From the NCBI GenBank assembly GCA_963823665.1, contig CAWGMQ010000004.1:2624001-2688000 (forward strand): a DNA stretch of 64,000 bases, in the 5' to 3' direction. The position numbers were made by a program, and so were the translations under genes. Source of the stretch: an uncultured Planctomycetota bacterium. Its GTDB lineage: Bacteria; Planctomycetota; Planctomycetia; Isosphaerales; Isosphaeraceae. Within the stretch, counting starts at the first letter, position 1, and the number at the start of each line of letters is the position of its first letter. Of this stretch, positions 1 to 10,329 are shown piece after piece. The notes below the pieces were generated by a model. The model did no database searches, was not told the DNA's origin, and was given only the letters and a program-made list of their open reading frames with translations.

Positions 1-1338
1 CACGCCCTTGGGCTCTCCACGGCGCGTGAGGTCTTCGAACGCCGCGGCCGACTCGCAGGCAACAAGCCCTGCCATGAGCTCATTCTTGGGCAGTCCAAAG
101 TCCATTTTCAAATTGGGCGGTTCGACGGGGACGAGTTTGACGCCCAATTCGCGCAGGACTCGAAAGTCGTCCCTTTGTTCATCTTCGCGCCCTTTTGGGA
201 CGTACCCCACTCGAATCGTGGAGAGCTCCCGCGACGAAGGCCAGACGTATGGCCGGTCGACTGATGCGGCGTCGCGCGGATCGGCACCGTGAATCGCGGC
301 GAGAACCAATCCGCAGTCGTCAGCGTTGCGGCACATTGGCCCGATCTTGTCGAGCGACCAACAGAGTTGCATGCAGCCATATCGACTTACGCGTCCAAAC
401 GTCGGTCTCAGCCCCACGGCACCGCAGCGTATGGAAGGGCCGATGAGGCTGAACGAGGTTTCGGTGCCGATGGAAAAGCCGGCGAGTCCCGCGGCGGAAG
501 CCACGGCCGATCCTGACGACGAGCCCGCTGCATCCAGGCGAGGATTCCAGGGATTCCGAGTTATGCCGCGGTACCACAAAACCGATCCGCCGGCCAACGT
601 ATTTGTGGCCAATTTCGCTACGAGGACGGCGCCGGCATTTTCAAGCCGTTCGGCGACGGCCGCCTTCGCGTCGATCACGCGGTCGCGATATTGCGAAACG
701 CCCCATGTCGTGGGATAGCCGGGATAGGAAAGGATGTCCTTGACGCCCCAGGGGATTCCGTGGAGCGGCCCGCGATCGTTTTTAGCCCGCAGTTCCTGAT
801 CGGCGCGCTCCGCTTGTTTCAGTGCCAGATCGTCCGTGTAGGTCACGACACATTTGAGAAGCGGGTCGTAGCGGCGGAGCCGTTCCAGATACAACTTGGT
901 CAATTCCACCGACGAAATCTTTCGATTGCGCAACAGTTTGCCGAGATGCTCTATGGAACTGAACGCCAGATCCTCGTTGGAGTCAGGCCGTGAAAGCGGA
1001 TCGGAGCCCGGTGCTCCCGATGTCTTGACCTGGTAACCGCGCGGATCGGGACAAGACGCGGGACTCGCGAACGGAGCGAACCGGAGCCCCGGAAGCAGCG
1101 AATTGTCGAGCTCGATCAGTCGAACGTGTTCCAAGTCCGCTTGCGCCCACTTGAAGGCATTGACGACCGCTTCCCGCTGCGGATCGGTGAGTTTGATTCC
1201 CGCCACCCATTCGGCATTCGTGACCATTTCGCGCGAAACGGACCCGCCTTCAGCGTTAGCCGCCAGGGCACGTTGAAAAACGGCTGTTCCGATACCAGCC
1301 GTCCCGAGAATTGAGAGCGCACATCTGCGGTTGAGCAT
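1..1338 (-). CDS. Amidase signature family protein (GatA-like), 3' end outside window
   Basis: Manual minus-strand translation: MLNRRCALSILG (Tat-like) ... GPLHGIPWGVKD, RNPWN..GSSSGSA, GTET, GLRPTFGRVSRYG amidase motifs; open to the window edge. Confidence 0.9.
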   Translation of the reverse strand, partial: MLNRRCALSILGTAGIGTAVFQRALAANAEGGSVSREMVTNAEWVAGIKLTDPQREAVVNAFKWAQADLEHVRLIELDNSLLPGLRFAPFASPASCPDPRGYQVKTSGAPGSDPLSRPDSNEDLAFSSIEHLGKLLRNRKISSVELTKLYLERLRRYDPLLKCVVTYTDDLALKQAERADQELRAKNDRGPLHGIPWGVKDILSYPGYPTTWGVSQYRDRVIDAKAAVAERLENAGAVLVAKLATNTLAGGSVLWYRGITRNPWNPRLDAAGSSSGSAVASAAGLAGFSIGTETSFSLIGPSIRCGAVGLRPTFGRVSRYGCMQLCWSLDKIGPMCRNADDCGLVLAAIHGADPRDAASVDRPYVWPSSRELSTIRVGYVPKGREDEQRDDFRVLRELGVKLVPVEPPNLKMDFGLPKNELMAGLVACESAAAFEDLTRRGEPKGV

Positions 1339-1749
1339 GATCACGGTCCCTGGAAACGGATGACGATGACAGGACTGGAGTCGTTGTACGCCGCCGCCAC
1401 TTGACCACGATTCATCATCAAACCACAAATCGTTGATGTCAAGTTCGTCAGGGGCGCGTCGATGGATTGTCCCACAAACGGGAACTCGCTGGCGCCTCGG
1501 GCTCGTCGCGGACTTTCTTCGATGCCCGGTTGACTCTGAATCCGATATGCAGGATCATGATGTTTAACCAATTGGCCGCATCAAGTTCCATGTCGCTGGG
1601 GATAGCAAGTCCGCCCCGGGGGCCGGACGACTTTCACCAGGCCACGAATTCGATGAGGCTGAACGGCACGTATTGATGCCGCCGAGGGTCATTTTAGTCG
1701 GCGGCTCAGGAACGGGTCGGAACACAACTTGCGCCGATTTACGTGAAAC

Positions 1750-1800
1750 GCGCCGCGGAGCGGCACAAATACCGTTCCGACGCAGAGCGTCGGAACGAGT
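1750..1800. repeat. REP-like palindromic element
   Basis: Hairpin CGTTCCGACGC-AGA-GCGTCGGAACG (1773-1797) plus small GCCGC-GGA-GCGGC hairpin. Confidence 0.7.
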
Positions 1801-2250
1801 GCTTTTGTTCCTGGTGGGGTAAATCGGGAAGTTAGTTCGGGCCTGTTCCTTAGCGACCACCTCCGGCCCGACTTCGGCCGGGGACGGCTGCGCGCGCTAC
1901 CTCCGGCAACAGGCACGCGATCGCGAGGACGCCCGCCTCTGCGAGCAGGCCCGCTGGAAAAACCGGCCGGCCACACCGAAAGCGCCCGGCGCGCATTTCA
2001 GGAAGAGCGCCAACTGGCGATCGACCCATCCTTGAGCGTCGCCTTCAACTCGTCAGGCGAGGCTCCCGGAGCCGCAGTCAGCTTGGCGGCCCCAACCATC
2101 ATCAGAGATTTCTCGGCGGCAGCGCGCAGCTCGCGACACCGCCCTACATCAACAGAGCTCTCGACCCTTGCCCCGGCCGGCTGGCGTCTTCGACGTGACC
2201 AGCCAGGCATCCGGCACGATGCTTGTCATCTTGGAGAGGATGAGACAGCC

Positions 2251-2747
2251 ATGTTGACCACACACCGACTCGACCGGCGGGGCCGCCGGCAGACCGGGCT
2301 TTTCCTGGAATCCCTCGATGACCGGCTCCTCTTATCGGGGGGTGCCGGGGCGCGACGGCCGAGGCTGTCGTGCATTATCAAACGGCGGGCCACGCGCAGC
2401 TTTACCACGATAGCAGCCCGCGCGAGGATCTCCGGCACGGATTGCCCGCTGCGCTGCCGGCCAACGTGTCTCCAGCACTCCGGTTGCTCTACCGCGAGTA
2501 CGAGGACCAAGGCCGCGACAGGTTTCTCGTGATCCCCAGCTCCAGAGTCGCTGTGCGAATCAAGGTGGCGTTTCCCCCCGCCCTGGGTGCGTACGTCGGT
2601 GCGCTCCGGGGGGACGGCATGCAAATCATGCGCACTGTGCCGGCCGACGGGATGGCCGAAGGCACGGTGCCGGTCGCCAGGCTGCCGGCTGTAGCGAAGC
2701 TCGCGGCGCACGTGTGGGCCGATCCCGGCCTATCTATCACGAGGTAA
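2251..2747 (+). CDS. Planctomycete LEPR-XLL-type small secreted protein, frameshifted near 2350
   Basis: RBS GGAGAGG, ATG 2251, motif LESLDDRLLLS; continues in ORF 2370-2747. Confidence 0.6.
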
Positions 2748-2766
2748 ATTCGGGGCGAACACGCCA

Positions 2767-3186
2767 TCAAGTCCGGTCCTGCGAGCATCTGGCGGTCGGC
2801 CAGTGCGGTGGAGCTTTCGCACTTCTGTTGCGCAGGTCAGTCTGGCAAATGGCGTCCCACGTTCCGTTGCGACGCTCCTCGGCGATCGAGGCACCCGATT
2901 CCACACACGTCACGATGAGAACGAGCAGGAACTCGGCCCAGACCAGCAGGCTGAATCGCTTGCTAGAGAGGACATTCCGCCCGGATCGGTGTGAAAGAAA
3001 CAGAATCCAGGAGCCGTTCGTTCGTTCGGCGACGGCGTGGGCGGCGGGCTCGCCTTGCGCTGGCTTCTTGGGGGCCACCGGGCGGGTTCGGGCTGCGTCG
3101 TCATCGTTGCCTGACCAGAAGAAGCACAGCGCGGAGATGGCCGCCGCGACGCCCGCGGCTCCCAGCGGCCCATGGTAAGCCTTCAT
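2767..3186 (-). pseudogene. Chimeric remnant (secreted TolB-like start fused to an ABC-permease-like fragment)
   Basis: Signal-like start and WILFLSHRSGRN, then SIAEERRNGTWDAICQTDL, then runs into a REP. Confidence 0.4.
2778..2806. repeat. 29-bp dispersed REP-like repeat, copy 1
   Basis: CCTGCGAGCATCTGGCGGTCGGCCAGTGC, one mismatch to 3359-3387. Confidence 0.75.
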
Positions 3187-3358
3187 GATCCTCGCTCCTC
3201 AGCACCCAGCAGTTGATAAGACAACGGCCAGGGACGACCATCCCAAAAAATGTACGACGACGGACCGGGTCCGAGAACCTCGGTGGAGGGAGGGGCGGTG
3301 ACCCAGACGTGGTAGGTTGGGTCAACACCTTGGTAAACTGCGAGTCGAGTCGAGGACA

Positions 3359-3387
3359 CCTGCGAGCATCTGGCGGTCGACCAGTGC
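3359..3387. repeat. 29-bp dispersed REP-like repeat, copy 2
   Basis: CCTGCGAGCATCTGGCGGTCGACCAGTGC. Confidence 0.75.
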
Positions 3388-3503
3388 CCGCCAGCGTCAT
3401 CATGCGATGGGGTGCGAAAGAGAATGTACCGGGTGCATTTCCCTCGATCCGGCGCAGTTCCGCGCCGAAACAAATTTGGCCCCGGGTCGACGGAGTGCGC
3501 GTC

Positions 3504-5465
3504 ATGAGCATCGCGCTGAAATGCCCAAAGTGCGGCAAGCGATATGAACTCGAGGGTTCCGTCGCTGGCAAGAAAGTACGATGCACGGGCTGCGATCAGG
3601 TCTTTCGGGTGCAGGCCGGAACATCAGAACCGAGATCGGCTCCGGGTCCGGCCGCCCAGGGACCAACCCGGGCCAAGATGGCGAGCCCTCCACCGGGCGC
3701 CGGGAGGGCACGGCCTCAGGCGGTAGAGAACGAAGACCCGGGTGAGGACGATGATCGTTCCTGGCTGGAAGACGGGGGGTCCGGGTCGATCCCGGCTCCG
3801 ATCCGCCGGACGCAGACGACCGCGGCAGGGAGCGGACCTCCCTTGCGCCTTCTGCTCGGCGTGGGAGCGGGGGGATTGGTCATCCTGGGAGTGGTCGTCG
3901 GCCTGCTGGTCGTGAACTCAGGGCCAGGTCACCGGCCTGGACCGGATCAAGGCGAGGCCGGGGCTAGCGACGCTCCTGCTCCCAGCTTGGCCGAGAGGGT
4001 TCTGAGCGCCGTGACCGGTTCCGACAGCCCGTTCACCGATGTCGCCAACTATCCACAGATTGGTCCGCTACTGCCACCGTTGCTGCCTCCTCCACCGCTG
4101 CGCGATCTTTCGGCACACGAGCGGCAGACTCGGGCGATGATTGCAGCGATCGGCCGGCTGAATGACATCCTGGCGACGGTTCACGACGTGCCTTCGATGA
4201 AAGCCGCCGGCGAGCAGCTCAAGAACCTCTCACAGCAGATGGGAAACGAGATGAAGCAGACCGCCCCGACGTTTCGTCCCACGGCGGCCGAAGACGCCGA
4301 GCTTGCGCGCCGGGTGGCCAACGATATTCGCAGGGAAACGGCAAGGTTCCGCCAGGAGTCCGTGCGGATCTCGAGCGTGCCTGGATTGGGGATAGCCGGA
4401 ACGCAGCTTCTTTCACTGGGCACACGGCTGTCGATTCCGCTGGAGCAGTCGCTCAAGCTGGCAGAGAGCTTCAAACCCCAGAGCGGGCCTGCGCCTTATG
4501 CCGAGGTGTACGTCCAGCTCCAGAATGCAGACGACGCGGTTGTATGCCATCAAAAGCTGCACGCCGTGCTCGAGGGAGCCGCGGGCATCCAGGCGATGTA
4601 TGAATCGGCGAAGAAGCGAGCTTCCTACCGCGTCTGGCCTGTGGACGACGTTTCCGAGTATTCCCGGAAAATCACATTCGGCAAGGCGACGGTGAAGGGT
4701 CGCCACATCTTCGTGATGGCGGATCGCTTCTCTGCGGCCGATGTCGCCGCCGCAAAGGAAGCGGAAAAGAAAGCGGAAGACGCACTACGCGCGAAGATCC
4801 TCGCGGGAAGCTCCAACGAAAACCCAAGCGATCCCAAACCACCCGCCGGTGCGGATAACGTGACCAAGGCTTTGTTCGGCCTTCGCTCCACGAATCCGGG
4901 GAGGCGAAAGCAGGCAATCGAGCAACTTTATGATCTCCGAGCGAAGGACGAACGTCGGGACGAGGTGCAGAAACAGCTCATGCCGCTTCTGGATGACCCG
5001 GATGACTTCTTTGTCATCGATGTGATGAGAACGATGGCCAGGTGGCAGAACGAGGATACGGTGCCGGCCTTGATCAAGAAGCTGGATCACCCCAGTCATG
5101 GAGTGCGCTGGAAAGTGGAGGAGATCCTGGGCAAGCTCGGCGATGCGCGTGCCGCTGAGCCCCTGATCGAACATCTCAAAGAGGACGGCATCGCCGTGGA
5201 ACCTGCTCTACGGCAGCTTGGTGCGGCCGCCGAACCAGCGTTGGTCGGCCTGCTCCGCAATTCCGACCCTGAACTGAGGAGACATGCCTGCAACCTGCTC
5301 CGCGAAATCGGCGGCAAAGCCGCGCTCGAGGCGATGATGTCGCTGCCGGCCGACCGCGATCCGCTCGTGAAGATGGCTGCGCGGAGCGCCATGAAGTCAA
5401 TAAGAGATCGGGTTGGACCGGTCGACTTGCCCAAGAAGAGTGGCTCGAAAGGGAAGAAGGGGTGA
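3504..5465 (+). CDS. Zinc-ribbon, single TM, C-terminal HEAT-repeat protein
   Basis: CPKC..CTGC, hydrophobic LLLGVGAGGLVILGVVVGLLVV, HEAT-like repeats (VRWKVEEILGKLGD, LRRHACNLLREIG). Confidence 0.8.
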   Translation: MSIALKCPKCGKRYELEGSVAGKKVRCTGCDQVFRVQAGTSEPRSAPGPAAQGPTRAKMASPPPGAGRARPQAVENEDPGEDDDRSWLEDGGSGSIPAPIRRTQTTAAGSGPPLRLLLGVGAGGLVILGVVVGLLVVNSGPGHRPGPDQGEAGASDAPAPSLAERVLSAVTGSDSPFTDVANYPQIGPLLPPLLPPPPLRDLSAHERQTRAMIAAIGRLNDILATVHDVPSMKAAGEQLKNLSQQMGNEMKQTAPTFRPTAAEDAELARRVANDIRRETARFRQESVRISSVPGLGIAGTQLLSLGTRLSIPLEQSLKLAESFKPQSGPAPYAEVYVQLQNADDAVVCHQKLHAVLEGAAGIQAMYESAKKRASYRVWPVDDVSEYSRKITFGKATVKGRHIFVMADRFSAADVAAAKEAEKKAEDALRAKILAGSSNENPSDPKPPAGADNVTKALFGLRSTNPGRRKQAIEQLYDLRAKDERRDEVQKQLMPLLDDPDDFFVIDVMRTMARWQNEDTVPALIKKLDHPSHGVRWKVEEILGKLGDARAAEPLIEHLKEDGIAVEPALRQLGAAAEPALVGLLRNSDPELRRHACNLLREIGGKAALEAMMSLPADRDPLVKMAARSAMKSIRDRVGPVDLPKKSGSKGKKG

Positions 5466-5579
5466 GGTTCGTCTGGCCACAATTTGACCGGGCCAGAGAA
5501 TCCGCGCCTGGTTTGCGGCTTGTAGCCGACGACGAACGTCCGCCCCGGGGGACGGGGTTGGATTGGCGTCATCGGCGAC

Positions 5580-6110
5580 TTAGCGACGCGCAATGCCATC
5601 CCCTGTTACCTCAGGAGTCCGGTTCGCCATCCCGCGCTCGAGAAAGGCCTGCGCCTTGCTGTCGAGCGTGGCGGGTTCGGAGAAGTAGCGCAGCAGATTG
5701 ACGTTGACATGCGTGGCGCCGCGCTCAGCCAAGATGGCATCGACTGGGCTGCGCGTTTCGACCAAGCGTGTCGTCTTCCCGGGGCCGGCGCCGAGCACGA
5801 TCCAGCTGCCGCCCCGCCGGACAGTCTTCGCGGTCTCGACGAAGCCCACCTCGCTGTAGGTGGCGTCGAAGACGAGGTCGGCGCCCCGGTCACTGGTCAG
5901 CGTTGCGATTTCGGCACCGATGTCGTCGCGCTTATAATCGAAAACGTGATCGGCGCCGGACTGCCGGGCCAGTGCGATCGATTGTGGTGTGCTGCCGCTG
6001 CTGATGACCAGTCCGGCCCCCAAGGCACGCGCCGTCATTTGCACGGCGAGATGCCCGACGCCGCCCCCACCGCCCGGGATATAGACCGTGTCGCCCGATG
6101 AGTATGCTTC
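5580..6110 (-). pseudogene. Zn-binding alcohol dehydrogenase/quinone oxidoreductase family, N-terminal half missing
   Basis: GDTVYIPGGGGGVGHLAVQ Rossmann motif, GADHVFDY, GADLVFD; no GroES-like domain upstream. Confidence 0.7.
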
Positions 6111-6804
6111 ATGTTTCGCTTCCCTTTGATGACATGCCCGGGAGAAGCGCCTCCAACGCCTTGACGGTCTCAGAAGGGTCAGGACGGATCGTGTAGTCCG
6201 CGTTCACATCGGCTGCACGAATGATCCCTTGCTTGTCGATCACGTACCGCGCGGGCATCGGCAGCCGATATTCTGACTCGTCGTGGAACCTGTCCAGGGT
6301 GCTGCCGAACGACTTGTAAAGGTCTCGCAAGTCATCCGGTAGCACAAACGCAAGCTGAAACTGCTCGGCGGTCTTGAGGTGAAGATCCGTCAGGATATCA
6401 AAAGTCAGGTTCAGCTTCTTATGCACATTGCGGGTGTATCGTTCGAGCTCAGGAGTGAGCGCCAGGATGCTCGCTCCGAGTGTCTTGACCTCTCTATCAA
6501 TCGCCTGTAGAGCTTCCAGCTCCATCATGCAGTACGGTCACCAGTGTCCGCGGAAGAAGCTAACGACCAGGGGGCCCTGGCGAAGCAACTCCGCGGAAGT
6601 CACCTGGACGTGATCTTGATTGAACAAGGTGAACCCCGGAGCGGTGTCTCCGACTTTCAGGGCTCTCTTTTCAAGGCCCGAAGCTTTGAGGTCGGCGGTC
6701 GCGCGATGCATCGTTTCGATGGCTTCGCGCGGCGCGTTATACGGCGGCGCTCCAGATTCGAACGCGTTCTTGAATTCATCCAATCGAGCTTGAAGAAGCG
6801 TCAT
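6109..6804 (-). CDS. AhpC/TSA peroxiredoxin-like protein, probable selenoprotein (UxxC)
   Basis: ORFs 6538-6804 and 6109-6528 are in the same frame and joined by TGG TGA CCG TAC TGC = W-U-P-Y-C; LKVGDTAPGFTL, LPMPARYVID. Confidence 0.85.
6505..6532 (-). promoter_or_regulatory. Putative bacterial SECIS element
   Basis: mRNA CUG..UGGAGCU-GGA-AGCUCUA.CAG stem-loop; G-starting apical loop 20 nt after UGA. Confidence 0.6.
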
Positions 6805-6938
6805 GTTCGCGGTCCTTCCCTATGTGGGTTGTACTTGAACAGGGGATGTCACCATCTGGTCCAGCGCTGGAGCGGTAATGCTCCGACCGTTTCGCTGAGC
6901 ACTTTTCGTGCCTCTAGCGATCTCATTTACCTTTGTCG

Positions 6939-6993
6939 TCGCGGGATTATGGGAACGGATTCGATGCTTCCGGAAGCTTTGCGCGGATCATGG
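6939..6993 (+). repeat. 55-bp copy of 18586-18640
   Basis: 52/55 identical; contains the palindrome GCTTCCGGAAGC. Confidence 0.85.
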
Positions 6994-7126
6994 CGGGGAG
7001 AGAGGAACCCCGGTTATCTCGGCGAGATCCTGATCTATCTGTCCTGCGCGATCCCGTCGATGCACTGGCCAAGGCGGTCACGTCGCGACCATCACATTCG
7101 AGATTAGAATCCCGAGCGCGGCGCAA

Positions 7127-7516
7127 TCAATCGACCTTTTGCTGCTCCAAGATTCCAAGCCATGGGTCGCTCAGGACCAAGGTGTCGCCGTGTTTCTTCC
7201 ACCAGGCCAGGAGGGAATCAAACGAGCTCGGTGGTTGGCCCGGCGGCGCCGGCTGTGGGACACCGCTGGCCCGAGCCGAGTTCGAGAGCAAGACGAGTAC
7301 GCGTTTCTGCAAGTTGCGATGCGGCACCGGCTCGATTACCCTGTACGTCGCAACGATGCCGCCGGCTTGCTCACACTCGACGATGCCGACAAAATCTGCC
7401 CGGAGCACGAGCTCCTCGAACAGCAGCGGGTCGATCGTTGTTGCGGATGCGGATTGCGGCCAGAGCAGAGCGTAAAGGACCAGACAGCACGATAGTTTTT
7501 GCAAAGCCGGGCGCAT
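7127..7516 (-). CDS. Hypothetical secreted protein, possibly internally deleted
   Basis: Signal peptide ending ASA-TT, then LFEELVLRADFVGIVEC. Confidence 0.55.
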   Translation of the reverse strand: MRPALQKLSCCLVLYALLWPQSASATTIDPLLFEELVLRADFVGIVECEQAGGIVATYRVIEPVPHRNLQKRVLVLLSNSARASGVPQPAPPGQPPSSFDSLLAWWKKHGDTLVLSDPWLGILEQQKVD

Positions 7517-7719
7517 CGGTCATGCTCCTGGGAAGGGGAAAGTGCCGAAGATGCTGGCTCGGAGTTAAAGTGATGCATCTCTCCGATTGAGTTGTAAGGA
7601 ACGGCTGTCGTGATCTTCAGAATAAAGCGCGGGATTGAGTTGAGCAACTTGAGCGCTGGCTGATTCGGAAGGAAGACAGGGATCAGAAGCCGATCAGAAA
7701 CATGAGCCCGAGGATTTCA

Positions 7720-8050
7720 ATGGTGACACCCGAAAGGCGCTTCACGCTCGCTGATGCTATGTGGCTTGTCGCGGCAACGGCAATCGGACTCGCTGTCGGC
7801 GTTGGATGCCTGTGGGGCATCGCCGAGGATCGAATTTGAGATCGAGTCGAATTGGGGATGTCGGTGGAAGAAGCGATGGGGTTTATCCGATCTGATAAAT
7901 GGAAATTGCCGCTTCCTGGTCACCCGCGCGTGCAGGACCTGAAGTATGCAATCCCATGCGCGTCAGTTGTGTTGTCAACTGCCTTGGTTCTCTCACGGCT
8001 TTGATCGCCACGTTCGCCGTTGCACTGTCTGACGCATTCTCACATGTCTC
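7720..8050 (+). pseudogene. Planctomycete RRFTLADxM-type membrane protein pseudogene
   Basis: MVTPERRFTLADAMWLVAATAIGLAVG, in-frame TGA at 7837 and again near 8002 (SRL*SPRSPL). Confidence 0.55.
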
Positions 8051-8076
8051 TAGGCTTCGAAGCAAGCGAACTCAAT

Positions 8077-9894
8077 TTACTCCCGGAAAGGCATACGCCG
8101 CTCGTAGAGCCTCAGGCGGCCCTCGAAGTCCATGCCAAATGTGAGTGGAGCGCCTGCAGGTTTGGAGCGGATGCGCATCGCCTGGGTCTGCCATTTGATC
8201 GCGGCCTCGAAGTCGCCCGATTCGGCATACGCGGCGGCGAGGGTGTCAAGGCAGTCGGCGTCTTTCCAACTGGTCAGCTCACAGGCATTTGTTGCCTCAG
8301 CAACGGCGCGCTTGCCGTTGCGGATATCCGTCAATCGACAGGTTGCCAGCAACCACGCGAGCCTTTTGTGGCCATCGGGCTGGTCGGACTGAACGCGGGC
8401 CGCCGCCTCGAAATCGCTCAGGGCTTTCGCGTATTCCGTCTTGGACTTCCACGTGAGACCTCGGAGCAGGAAGGCAGTCGCGTATTTCGGATCGAGCTGG
8501 ACCGCCTTGGTGAAATCGGCGATCGCCTTGTCGGGCTCCTTGTCTTTCGACCACTCAAGACCCCGGGCTAGATAATTGTAGGGATCATCGGGCGCGAGCC
8601 GGATGGCATCCGCGTAACCGGCGATCGCTTTGTCGTGCAGGCCACGAGCGGAGTAGTAGTTGGCGAGCCACACCCGATACCCCGCGTCGTTGGGAGCAAG
8701 CTGCACGGCCATCGTGCGGTCGGCGAGCTCCTTGCCGCGATCGCGCTTTTTGCGCCAGGCATCCGCGCGCTGGGAATAAGCATGGGCGTCCTTGGAGTCG
8801 AGACGGATCGCTTCAGTGAAGTCGGCGATTGCCTTGTCATCTTCCCGCTTTGCCGACCACGTGATACCGCGGAAGCGGAACAGACGTCCGCTTTTGGGAT
8901 CGAGCTTGATCGCTTCATCGTAATCGGCCAGGGCTTTGTCGAACTGACCCAGCGAATCCCAGTTCATCGCTCGCTGGAATAGAGTATCACTCGATCTGGG
9001 ATTGAGTTTCAGGGCTTCGGTGAAGTCGACGATGGCTTTCTGGTAGTGGTCCTGGAGAGCGTGAATTCTGCCCCGCAAGTGAAAGGCGTCGGGATTTGCG
9101 GGAATCTGCCGTACGGCGTCGTCAGCACCCGAGAGCGCTCTGTCGAGGTTCTTGCTGTCAATCCAGAACTGCGCTCGAGCGTTCCAGTTTCGCCAATCAT
9201 TCGGGTCGAGCCAGATGGCTTCGTCGAGATCGGCGGCCGCATGCACGGGGTCTTTCTTCCACTGCCACACAACAGCTCTCGCGCTAAAGGCTCTGGCCCT
9301 GCTGGGAGCGAGCTCGATCGACTTGTTGCAGTCGGCGATCGATCGATCAAACTCGTGCTTCAGAAGGAACATGTTGCCGCGATCCAGGTAGTAATCAGGT
9401 TTTTCGGGTGCGAGGCGGATTGCCGCGTCGAAATCAGCCACTGCGCGGTCGTAATCGGAGCGGGAGGCCCAGAGTTGTCCTCGCCGCCAACTGGTGTCGG
9501 CGCTTGCGGGACCCTTTGCAATCGCCTCGTTGAAGTAGTCCAGAGCATGCTGGTAGGGAACGACCTGGTCGACGGAAAGCCAGCCGGCCCTCTTGCCATC
9601 ACGCGACGTGACGAAGAGGCGATCGCGGTCAATGCGTTCGATCTTCAGATAAATGTCTTCATCGCGGCAAGCAACTTCACGGCCGTCGTCCGTGAGCTTG
9701 ACTCCTGACGTCTTGGGTACGGCGTAGGATCCGACAGTGAGGCCGGCGGTGGGCTGCGCAGGAGCTGGCGACTTCGGATCGGGGGTCTGATAATAAGCAC
9801 GCGCGATCGGGGTCGTGAATAGGTGCACGTAGGTGATGATCGCCAAAGCGAGGATTGACTGCTCGACGGTGCATCTGAGCCAGCGCTGCCTCAT
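8077..9894 (-). CDS. Tetratricopeptide-repeat protein, secreted
   Basis: Signal peptide, many AIADFTEAIRLDP-type TPRs, C-terminal LAWLLATC..LDTLAAAYAE motif. Confidence 0.92.
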   Translation of the reverse strand: MRQRWLRCTVEQSILALAIITYVHLFTTPIARAYYQTPDPKSPAPAQPTAGLTVGSYAVPKTSGVKLTDDGREVACRDEDIYLKIERIDRDRLFVTSRDGKRAGWLSVDQVVPYQHALDYFNEAIAKGPASADTSWRRGQLWASRSDYDRAVADFDAAIRLAPEKPDYYLDRGNMFLLKHEFDRSIADCNKSIELAPSRARAFSARAVVWQWKKDPVHAAADLDEAIWLDPNDWRNWNARAQFWIDSKNLDRALSGADDAVRQIPANPDAFHLRGRIHALQDHYQKAIVDFTEALKLNPRSSDTLFQRAMNWDSLGQFDKALADYDEAIKLDPKSGRLFRFRGITWSAKREDDKAIADFTEAIRLDSKDAHAYSQRADAWRKKRDRGKELADRTMAVQLAPNDAGYRVWLANYYSARGLHDKAIAGYADAIRLAPDDPYNYLARGLEWSKDKEPDKAIADFTKAVQLDPKYATAFLLRGLTWKSKTEYAKALSDFEAAARVQSDQPDGHKRLAWLLATCRLTDIRNGKRAVAEATNACELTSWKDADCLDTLAAAYAESGDFEAAIKWQTQAMRIRSKPAGAPLTFGMDFEGRLRLYERRMPFRE

Positions 9895-10329
9895 GGGATT
9901 CTCCGTTCACGGCGGGGCAAGCTGGCCGCTGAGAGTGCGCAGAACGACTGTTGCCTTGGTCGACGAAGCAATTGCTTTCCGGGATGGCGGCTCTCGCGCC
10001 GGCCACCTCTGTCGTGCGATCCGGGCTAAACCAATTTTACCGGGTGGTTGTCCTTGAAGGCGAGCGTTTCGTGGATTGCGCCTCCTCCGATGGCGGCTTG
10101 AATCGATTGCCACGTGGGTGCTCAACTGGGAATGCGAGTTGGGAAACGGTGAGAAAATGGCGCGGATCGTGGCCGAAGCCTCGCTTCGTCTCCGGGGTGG
10201 TCGGGTTGCTCAGGTACGCTAAGATATGACCCTCATCGGCTCGCACTTTCGGGAATGGTGGTTTCCACGGGCGCGCCCGCTCGGTCATTTCGTTCTGGTG
10301 TGCACGGAACTCTGCCCGGAATGAGGGAG

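Noticed and set aside
3213..3503. 97-aa N-terminal extension of the HEAT protein given by the ORF track
   Set aside because: It runs through REP-like elements; the zinc ribbon begins at ATG 3504, which has a GGAG RBS.
7837..7839. Second selenocysteine codon
   Set aside because: No Cys/redox motif context, no evident SECIS, and a further stop follows.
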